64,000 nucleotides of DNA from a virus. Numbering within the stretch: position 1 is the first letter of the stretch; each line of letters opens with the position of its first letter. The position numbers and the translations under genes were made by a program. Below the pieces are notes generated by a model. The model saw only the letters and a program-made list of their open reading frames with translations, did not search any database and was not told the origin of the DNA. Location of the stretch: the IMG/VR virus record IMGVR_UViG_3300032286_000272, positions 2,962-66,961 of that record; one strand, 5' to 3'. Shown here one piece after another: positions 8,802-20,800 of the stretch.

Positions 8802-11800
8802 TTAAAGTCCTTGCAACGGATTACTAAATTCAGTAGTTAGAGCCAATCCATTTTCTAAATAAATTACATAATCGGGCGGGAAATACGGAACTACTGGAGT
8901 ATAGTAGAACTGTGTCGGAAGTTCTGCAGGTCTAGACTGTAGGAAGTTGGCAGGTTTAGTATCACTATCCATTAATGTTCTAGTCTGATTCCATCCTAAG
9001 ACGTCGTTCCATACTGTACTAGTTGTAGCTTCTCGTTTGATTATCTCTAATTTAATATTCTGTTGAACACCTCCATTGATATTCAAGGTAATTTCTTTTG
9101 TTGATGTATTTACTGTAAATTCAGGTTCTAAATAGTTTAGTCCCTTATAAACATATCCGTTTATAGCATTCTTTTCAATGCTTCCAGAATATACCCAAAT
9201 TTGTTTAGTGTCTGCTACTTTGTACGCATCACCGATATTAATTCCAGCAGGTAGCAGGCTAACGGTGCTGGTTGTACCCAATAACTGATACTCTAAGCTA
9301 TCGTAGGCCACTGTAAAATCATGATAGACATAATCATCCTTACGTAGCACACGGCCGCCGTAGGTAACTATAACTTGATCTTTAGCTGAGATTGTTTCTA
9401 GAGAAGTAGCTGTTGGCTGATACTGTAAAGTAATACCGTCACTAATAACTGTAGATAGACCGTTTGTGGCTGTAGATGTTACGGTACTTATAATATACGT
9501 ATCGGTAGTCGAAGTAGTCCATTGAGTTTGTCTATAAATTCTATCTTCATACGGAACTGTCTGTTCAGGACTTTGGTCAATTACTTTGGTTCCAATTGGT
9601 AGATAATCACTAGATCCTGTGCCTAAAGTTCCTCTTCTAAGCTGACTTAATACATTGCCATTTATTTTGTAGAATTCAATACGCTCTTTGTTGATTAATA
9701 CAACTCCTGGAATATTTTTTCCAGTGATTGGAGGAATTAATACTGTAGCATCCTCTACTACAATCTGAGTACCTGTACTATACAACGGCTCTGCAAGAAT
9801 TGTGGTATTTTCTTTACTTAGACGTTTAAAGTGAGTCCTGTTGAAAATATCTGTAAAAATTCGGTAGCCTAGAACTTCGTCAGTAGGTTTACTATTGTCA
9901 ACAGTAGTAACAACTACTTTACTGATCTTGCTCATGGGTACTTCTTTTCTTAATTGTATTGTTTGATTATCATCTAACATTAGATAATCAAACTTATTAA
10001 TCAAAGGAATACCGTCAACTTCAACCCATAAATAATTATCATCAATAATTTCTCTACTTAGTTTAAATTTTCTATGTGTCTTTCCTGGAAATCTTTCAAC
10101 TCTTAACTGCAAATTGTCATGATTATTAAATGTTACAATCCTTAGCTGAGAGCCCGGTGGAATATTTCCAGTATTAAGTATTGTTATTTGGTTATTTTGA
10201 ATGTCATAATCTGGAACAGAATTATCAATACTAATCATCAATATAGCCAATACATCGCCTACATTTATTATACCTGCTGTGATATTGACAATATCTTCAG
10301 TTGACGGTTTAGTCCAATCTGCACCGTATGATAGTTCAGCGCCGTTTTTGTAAACTCTAATAGTCCTATTTGCAATATTGGTATCTACATCAGATTTATA
10401 TTTGTCTACTACATAAGACAGTTGAGCAGGATCAGTGACTTTATAATAACTGATAATAGGGGGAATAAGTCTCTTATTTCCATTATTTGTTTTAATTTCT
10501 ACAATTGCGTTGGCTGCTGCTGGTTCTATAATTCCCGGAGGAAATGTCAAGTTGTAAGTATTAGTAGACAGTGTGGTGGTAATAAATTGCTCAATTGGTT
10601 CATTGTAATACTTGAATGAGTTACCGAAGAACCAGGCCTGAATAGTTGCAGTCGTAGCCGTGTTTAAATTGTACACTCTAGCTGCAACTCTATTATTATA
10701 TTCGCCTGCTGATTCTATTCTATATCCGTAAACAGATGTAGATGTAGTTTCAGATATAACTTCTCCATTGACAGTAACATAAGCACTCTTGATTGTTCCT
10801 ATAGAAGATAATCCAATAACTTCAGCTGTTGAAGTTCCTACACTTACTGCGGCTGCTGTGTCAATAGCGCCAATTTCTACATTTGGACCAGCACTGCCTA
10901 TTCCCATTATAGTATAGCCAACTGGTCCGGATGTTGTTTGAGGAGGGATAATAAGATTTTCTGTTGCCCAATCTACTGTAAATTCAGTGCTTGTAGTAAA
11001 TTCAGTTGTAGTTGAATATTGGAAGACTTTTCCATCAAAGGTAACATAGATACTGTCCTTGTTAGGAGGAAGCATCATTAACTTTGCAGAAGTAGTTGTG
11101 CCTGTTTGAATTCCTATATAATTGCTTACAATTTTAGATGACAATGCACCTGAATTTCTCGTGTAGACATTAATTCCAATGCTCTCTGTTACAAAGCCGG
11201 GAACCATTTCATCTGGGGCATAGCTTACTGCTGAAGAAATAAACTGATCGCCGTCAATTATTATATCTTCAGGATTAATTCCCAAAGAGTAAGTATTGGC
11301 TAGATCTCCTGCATCAAAGGCAGTATCCAATAAACTAGAATTAGTATCGTAGTTCCAAAACTCAATAATATCGCCCGGAACTAGTGTCCTAGAAGTTAGT
11401 GTGCTAAATGTAACAGCATTAGTAATTGTATTAATTGCAGAAATACTTACATCAGTAGTTGTTGTAATAAAAGAAGTTTCTGTAGAACTAATAACGTTTG
11501 CAATCAGTCCCACAGCAAGACCATTAGTAGATGTTACAATTACTGTAGCAGTACCGATTGATGCTGTAGAAGATACTTTAACTTTTTTGTAGTAAGAAAC
11601 TTCATCTGCCCAAACGCCCTTGTCATAATTTGATGTATAATTTGTAAACGTTGTTCCCCACTTGGTAGAATAATCAAAAGGAAGTCCTTCTAAAGTAACT
11701 CCTGGATATTCAATCCCGGCCATTAACTGTTCTAATGTGCCAGGCATTCCGGAAGTAGCAGTGTAATAATTTACAATTCGATCAACAGCATTAAACAATT

Positions 11801-14800
11801 CAATATTTTTATTATAGGAAATGTCTAATTGTTTTCCAGCTGTAGGAATTTCTTTAGTAAGAACAATCTTAGAATATTTTTTATTGTAATCTTTAAATTG
11901 CTCTTGATATTGTACTACCCTATAATCAGTTGACAATACAAGATCACCGTCTAAAGTAATTTGTATGTTTGACTTAGTTGGTTCAGCATACCAAGTTAAA
12001 ATAAACTCATTTGCCGATCCATCGCAGATAAACGAGTCTGACGTAACAACATTTCCTATACTAGACGATTTGCTAGTCCTATCAAATTTAATTCCAATAA
12101 GATTAGATCTAACTTTGTTATTTGATAATCGAGCGTACAGAATGGCATCTTTTGATGCGCCACCACCTATAGCTTTTACAACAGGGGGCAATTTATATCC
12201 AGAACCAGAATTAATAATTTCAATACTGCTAATTTTTCCAGAAGAAATATACGCAACTGCGGTTGCGCCAGTTCCATAATCTCCAGGAGCAGGTTGAATT
12301 AATATTTCTGGGTTGTAAAGATATGTTTCTCCTGGATCTCCTATGCTAATACTGCCAACACCGTAGAGATAATTGTCAGACCAACTCTTCCAAGGATACT
12401 CAGATAACATGCTGTTAGTTACTTCATACAATCCTGTATTTCTATTGTAATCAGTAGGTAAATCAAAATCTGTTGTATAAGTGTTAGATTCTTCTAAATT
12501 TTTATAATTGGTAGTGTATGATCTTAACTGTGTATGATACGGTTTAACTTCTTTTAAATATTCTTCAAAAGATGTATCATTTCTTAACTTGTAAGACGGT
12601 GTTTGATCTAATAGACCAGAGTAGTTTGTAACATTGATAAAGGATGTTTTGAATGCCCAGTCAAGTATTTTCTGCTCTGTCAGTGCATATCTTACAGATT
12701 TAAAGAACAACAAGTTCCAGTTAACTTTTAATTCGTTGACAAAAATATCTTGTTTTAATGCTTGTAAAATGTATTGCAATTCTAGATCAGGTGTTTGATC
12801 GTATAGAGTTTGATCATACCTAGTATCAATATCATCAAATCCGTAATTACTATTTTTAATATTCCAAATATCATCAGAGATCTGAATCGTTCCCTGTTCT
12901 TTATAAAGCAGATTATAATCTGTGTCAAACGTTCCATAAACATCAGATGTAGTTTTTTCTAAGATAATATATCGTCCATCACCGCCATCTTTAACTTTAA
13001 CATACTGTCCAGGAGTAATATCAGTCAAGGCCATTAGCTCATATACTTCGTTAACAGTATAAGCATAGTCAATAAATTGATTGTAATCAGCAGAAGCCCA
13101 ATCTATGTAATTCCAGTATAAAGTAGTATTATACTTTTGTGTTTGTGATCTTATCCACTGACTAGACATGGTGTTCCACTCGAACAGTGTCCATTTTCCG
13201 TTATATAAATTATCGGCGATTACTATTACACTGTACGGTCTTACTTCTAAAGTAGGCGGTTGATTATCGGGATAGCCAATTCCAGCATTTTCTATATTGC
13301 AAGAAATAATTCTGCCATATAAATCTATTTCAGTTTTAATAATTGAATGTCCTTTATTGCCTAAAATAGTTACAGCTGGTGCAGTTTTATAACCAAATCC
13401 AGGTTCATCAATTACTACTGCACGTATCTTACCATTATAAACAGTACAGCTTAATTTTGCCTGCTTTAGTCTCAAAGTATTGACTAATAATAGGCCTTCG
13501 TTGTCTTCAACAAGTTGATCCCACTCTCCACTATATTCGTCAGGATAAGATTCCTGCGTATTTAAATTTTTAAAATTATAATTTCCAGTAATAGGATTAG
13601 CAAGAAGTATCTGATTTGCAAATTCAACCACGTTTCTCAAAGCTTCTGTTCTATTTTTAAACATACTTTGACGAGGTCTAATTTCTATACCGCACTTCTG
13701 TCTTGCTGGTAGATTAGGATCTGGTACTAGATTACCAAGACTATCATGACCAATTAAGCTGTCTAACAGTTTCTTTTCTAATAGAGCGTTAGGCAAGCTG
13801 TACGTTGAATTCTCTTGTAGGAGCAACCACTCAGTATGTCTCGGAATATCGCTTTTGGTATTATCATAGCCAATATTTAGATGCATTCTATCTGAGACTA
13901 AAAGTCCTTCAATATTTGACAACATCAATGCATTGTTATCTATTACACTAAGGTAACGCAACCCGTATGACGTAGGATCTAAAATTATTGAAGATACTTG
14001 GCTGGCGCTAATTCTTCTATTTTTAGCATTAGGAACAGTAACTTTATTTTTTACCCAATAGTAATAATAATCAGTAAAAGAATTAGTTGCAGAATTATAA
14101 ACAGGTTTAACAGAATAAACAGAATCATTTGCATATCTAGGCTGTCCGCTAATTCCTTCTGTTAAACCTTCGGAAGTATCTGCTAATGCAGCCCATTCAC
14201 TAGGAAGGTAAACACTGCCTACCCATTCATAAATGTCAATAGAGCTTCCTGGAAATAGTTTGCCCCAGTTGTTTTTTCTATAAAGCAGAGAACTTTGTTC
14301 ATACAACACATATTTTACTGTGCTTAAATCCCACCATAAGTCTCCAACTCGTTCGTCTAACCAGTTAGACGTTGTATCGTTAACAGTTAATACTGTGCCT
14401 GTTGAATAAATTGCAGGATCAAAGTTAGATCTATATTTGAGTTCTTGTTCTGCAATACCTGCAATTTTTCCTTTTGCAGGATCAATGACTTCTAAGAACT
14501 CAACAATACTTTGATCATAAAGGTCGTATATTGCAGCTTTTTCTATAACATGTACATCTATAGGATCTTCATAAGTCTGTATTGCAGTTAAACTGTTTTT
14601 GGCCAAATCAACTTTATTAAAATAATAAAATTTACTCGTAGACGAAGTACCGGGTGCTCCGACATAAATTGTATTGTTTTCTACAAGTACATCAAATCCA
14701 AATCTTGTTTCTACAATATCACTTAATGTATTAACTTTAGGTTTGAGTTCTTCAGCTAGTACATAACGAGTTCCGCTAGATTTCTTTTGATATATATACG

Positions 14801-17800
14801 CAGTGCCGTAATTTTCTACAATGTCTAAGAATTGAGTACTGTTTGAATCAAACGTTGTATCGTCATTGTCAAATGTTACATAAACAGAATTATTTCTACC
14901 TACTGACCCTATAACCAATGTTTCAGTTGCTGCATCATAATCTAAAGATACGCCAAATCGCATTCCCTGTCCAGGAATAGGATTAGATAATATTTGAGGA
15001 TTAATATTATCAAATGTTCCGTTTTCTTGTCTCGAATAGATTAAGACGGCGCCAAACGAGTTATTGATGTTTCTATGTTCGGGACTAGATACAAACAATT
15101 TGTCTCCAGCATCAGTTAATAAAACAATATGTCCAAATCTGCCATAGTCTAGACCTTCTTCTGCCCAGTTAGGAAAATTAACAGTTTCAGGTGTAATAAC
15201 CTGAGGCACAGTATCACCTATTCCATCATAGATAGCAACAAATCCAGTACCAGCTGTTCCGGGTGCGCCGATTGCATATAATCCTACTTCCGAACTAGAA
15301 ATAGAATAACCAAATTGTGATCCAACTGTAATAGGTACATCAGATGTGTCTAACATATAGGCAGACGACGTTGTAATAAATGTAGACGAAGTTAGATCTA
15401 CATTATAAGACCACACTCTGCCTGTTCCTGTATTTTCTGTTCCAGGTTCACCTATTAATAAACTAGTGCCGCTATTGCCAACGCTAATTGATTGACCAAA
15501 TCTATAATAACTTGTAGGGTCTGGACTTAACAGAACTAATTCTGTGTTATCTGTAAACAATATAGGATCTATACTGCTAATTTTAACTGCACCTTCTTGA
15601 GCAAGTCCGCTGGCAGATCCTGAAACTGTAGCATATCTAACTCCGCCTGGAAGTCCTGTTCCTTTGGCATTATTAAGTCCAGGGGCACCTGCAAATATTA
15701 ATCCATGCGTAGACGTGCTGAATTCGACAGGAGAAAGTACTACCTTAAACCCAAATTCGCTATTTGACTTATCGTCGTAATAGGCAGTTTGATTTTCATT
15801 TAGATTAAATTTAAATCTTCTTGATACAATGCCGTTGGTAGATCTAGTGTAGACAAAAACACTGCCTGTGCCCTCAGAATTATAAAATCCAGGAGCACCT
15901 GCTAGAAGTATATTACTACTTGTAGTTTTACTTAAAGAATGTCCTAACTTCTGATTAGTAGGCGAAGCTGGTGTGACTACTGCTGTTCCATTGTAGTTTT
16001 GAATTTTTTCATATACTGACCAAATATTATCGTCTATTGCTTGGTCGTTATCTATCCAAAATTTAGTACCTGCAGGATATCTTACCATTTCAGAATCTGC
16101 TGGCAAGTTATCAAATATATCATATCTAGCAGTACTCAATTTGAATAGAGCGCCACTAGGTGTTTCAGGAACACTTACAACCGATGTCAATGTTGTTGCA
16201 ACTGTAAACTGTTCCAAAGATGGAATATTTTCTACTTGATAGATCCTGTTAATAGTATCATTAAGCTGTGTGATAGACACATAATCGCCTACCGATAAAC
16301 CGTGCCTATCAGTAGTGGTAAAAGTTAAACTGGTTCCTATAACAATATTAATACCAGTTATACCAATATCATGAATACGATCATAACGAGAAACGTTCCA
16401 GTCTCCGTTATCAGTAAATCCTATCCAAAAAACGTCGCCTTCTACAAATTCTCGATTGTTCTCATAAGACAATAAAAAGCTGTCATTATAGAATTGGTAA
16501 GTTACATCATTTGTATTTGCATATCCTGCAAAATTAAACTCAAAAACATTAGTGGACGTAGTGGCAAAAATGTTATTACTTGTATAATCAGTTGGTTTAA
16601 TTGATAAATTAGAAGGAACTATATAATTAATTAGATCATTAGATGCTGCTGGTACACTATCTACAAAAGTTATTACTTGAGGATTTTCTAAAAATGAACC
16701 TTCAACTAGTGGTAACTCTAATTCTTGGAAACTCGAATATGATCCATAATTTCCAATCCTAAATGCCCATTCTTCAGTATAATCAATTTCTCCCTGGCGA
16801 TTGAATATCGAAGCTTTGGCAATTTTGTTAACTGCGTTCTTAGTACCTTTTTCTTTAATATAACCTTGATAGAATTTGTACTGAGCGATAGGATTTGTAA
16901 AAATACTATTGAGATAAACCCTCGGTGTATACCCGACTAGGTGTTGTGCCATCTTCTGCTGAGAAGAATCAAAGTTATCAATGTCAAGACTATAAAAGTC
17001 TTCAAACTGATTAATTTTATAATCAAAGTTTGGTAATAATCCAGAAACCGGCTTTTCGTTTAACAAGACCCAACCATCATCTGTTGAGAAATATTGTTTG
17101 CCCTGTATACTTTTAGCAGCAATATAATATCTTCCAGAGAATTTTATTACATCTGCATATTTGTAATCAACATATTTGTCCCAGTTTTTAATTTTTACAT
17201 CGTCGTAAACAAACCCAGGACTATAATAATCGCCATCCCATCCACTGGTCCTAAAACCAGAAAGTTTCATTCTTAATTGTCGATACCCAGTTTCAATATT
17301 ATAAATGGTGTCGTTGAATACTGTGTTGTTATTGAAGATAATTGCATGTTCTTTCTGAACAGAATTTATTGTAGCAAAATAAATTCCGTCTTGAGAACCG
17401 GTTACCTCAAATTTACAAACACCGTCAAATCTCGAAACATTTAAAAACGATTGAGGAAAAGTTAATCCGCTAGCATTTAAAATGCTGTAGGAATAATAAT
17501 TATCAAATAAATTATCTACAACACTTGTTGGATAAGAATACTTTAATTGTGTAGCAAATGGACTGAGAGTAATGATACTGTTATCTGCCCAATTTTGAGT
17601 AGACCAATATAAGAATTCTTTAGCAGACAGGTCCCAATCTAAAGATTCTCCTAACTCTACATCATAATGATCGAATATAAATCCTTGATCAGATAACCAT
17701 TTTCCGTATCCAATAATTAAATCGTAAACAGCTTGAATATTTTCTAATTTTGTGCCGTAAGAAATTTTACGACTAGTTTTATTAAAATTAATCGATGTCT

Positions 17801-20800
17801 GTACTGTGGCGCCGCCTTTTACTGGCAAGATAGGAATTATCTGGAATAACGCATCATTGAACGTGTCTTCTGCTAAATGATCTACTTTTACTCTATAAAA
17901 TTTATTTTCATATCTAACTACTGAACCAGACGAGTAAAAATGATTTCCAAACGCTGCTTTTGCTGTGGTAGTATCAACTGCATCTAACCCAGTTGCTCCA
18001 CCAGTTGTAGTTGGTGACCAATTTACATAATTTTCTGATACGCCGCCTACAGTGATTGACGGAGTTGTACTGTTCCTTATAGAATCATAAATTTCAAAAT
18101 AAGGTTTATAAGTGTCGTACCCTTTGATAATATAACCGTCAGTTGCTCTCTGAACAATAATACCGCTAATATTAAGAGATTTAATTGGGTTACTAATATT
18201 CAAAATTAGTTGATAATCTTCTTGAGGTAAGATACTTCCTAAATTAGTACTGTCTGGTGATACTGCATCTATCAATAATTGAACTTTTTGTTTATTGATA
18301 AATCCACCAACTTTGTAGAATAAATTAAAATCAAGATTTTTTAAATCTGTTGTCAAAGAATCCAAGTATGTGGTCAGACGCTGTTTGCCTACTTCACTAA
18401 TATAAACACTGTAGCCACTTGTCAATGTGTCATTGTATCCAAAGATTTCTACAGCTTTGAGATTTAAATATACTTTGTCAGTACCGTACACCCACTGTCC
18501 TGCTGAATTTTTAGATATGCGACTTGGGTCGTATAATAAACTAGAATAGGTAGCAGGCTGAGTCAAAGCTAACATGCGTTGAACGGCGAAAGGCCAGTAA
18601 CTGCTACGGCGCCATGCAGTTTCTCCTGCGCCTTGATCTCCAAAAATCCATGGTTGTCTACGATTATAACTTGTTATGTTTGAAATAAGATTTACAGACG
18701 GATTTAAAAGATTACCAAATTGGTCTACGGGAATAATAGAACTTAGTCCTGGGCGAGCATAATCTACATGTACACCCACACGATCACCTTGACGAATTCT
18801 GCCTTCTTCAAGATCGTTCCAAAGAAACACATTTCCTAGAGTGTAAGGTGCGGTTCCGTATTCGTCTTTCCACCAATTAGGTTCTTCGCTGAATCCTAAC
18901 ATTTCCCATGGTGCAGTGTGCGGTTTATCTGTACCGTAAAAATATTTGTAGATGCTCCTCCAATTACCTCTAACATTAATTCCTAAAGTAGAATTATATC
19001 CGTTAAGGTAATTATAGGTCCACGGATCTGATTCGTCAAAAGGAGAATTATTAGTATACTCTATTCCGTAGAAGCCAGCCCATTTTATAAAATCTTGTTG
19101 TAGAATTGTGTTTACTTCATCTAAATTGTAAAGATTAGTGGACTTAAACGCATTAGGTAAAACAGAATTAATATCTAGTATGTCAAAATTGTATTGACTC
19201 TTTATATTATTATAAATTCGTTTTTCTAATTCTAAAATTATATTATCTCTATAATCGTCGTAAGCAATAGTAATACTGCCGTCATGGCCTTGTATAACAG
19301 CAGTCTCATTTAGATAGGTGTCATCTAGATAGATAGCAGGTGTGAATTTAGGATAAAGACCTAATTTAGTAGGTGTTGAAGGTACATACGAACCGGTAGT
19401 GTCAGTATAATCGTCAATAACTATTATGTCTCCCTTTGATAAAGGAATTAAAAACTGAACTGCCGAGTCAACAGTAAATTCATAAGACTGGCCAAACAAT
19501 AACTGTTCACCGTTTAGATAAACTAAAACAGCTCTATTGCTTAGTTGTGTTAGATTAAAGTCAGTAGTTATAGGATATACTGTATTCCTACTGTCAGTCA
19601 CTGTCCATGTTCTTCTAATTTTATCTGCACCATATGGTACCATATCAGAAATATGCCAAGGACTATTAACATCTTTATCTTTGTTAAGATCTTTAAGAAC
19701 AACGTCAACTGCAATTGACGGATCTAATGCAATGTCAATCTCAGTAATTTTCTTTAAGAATGCAACTTTAAATTGATTATACTGGTCGGCAGATTTTTCG
19801 ATAGCATCGAGTAGACTGTGTTCTTTAATGCCAATAAAGAAATTTGCAAACGAAATAGGATTTACATTGGCAATTAATCGTGTTCCGTATGACGAAAGAT
19901 TAGCCGCATCTCGAACAGCAGGATTGCTAAGACTATAGCTTTGATTGACCATAGATTTTAAATGGTCACTTAATTCCGAAAAACTTAGAGAATTGATATT
20001 TCCATTCAACGGATTATTAGTAAGGCTTAAAGGCGGCTCGTACCAACCATTTTCATTATCTTTGGCTGTAGTCCTAATTTTTAAAAGTATATCTGATCCT
20101 GCAGAAATTGGATCAAGAAATTCAACATATGATTTATAATTTTCAGTAATTACATCAAACTGTGTGTTAGTTAGTCTAGCATTATTGACATATACTTCTA
20201 AATCAAAAGTAGCACCTACTGGATTTTCAATCGCATTAATTTCAAATAAAGTAGTTTCTTCAGATACAGAACCAAATTGAAGAATAGGAATTTGATATTC
20301 TTTAGCAGGTTTCCAAACATTTCCAAAATAAGATTCGTATGGGTCATTTACTTTAATAAATGTATTACTAGAGAGGACTGGAGAAACAACAGAATTTTCA
20401 ATTACATTAAATGTGTCTGAAGAGAAATAATTTTTAAATAACCAACTTCCGACTCCTGTTGCTGCATTTGATTTGTATTTGATACCAAAGTCTAATACTG
20501 CATCATAGATAGATCCTGTATCATACCCAAATATCTTATTTCCTTTAAAACTACTATCATATAATGTTGTATTTGAATAGCTAGAGCCAATACTATCAAA
20601 TAGATCAAATAAGGGAGCCTGATTTAATTTTGTATGTTGTTGTGCGTACTTCCAGCTGCTGCCATTGTACCACCAACTTGATCCTTGATACTCAGTTCCG
20701 TGATTTACAGTAATAGAGACTCCTTCAACAATCAAGTCCTCAATAGGAACTAATTGTAGTTTAGATTCAATAGCAAGTGTAATACGGTTAAAAATATTAA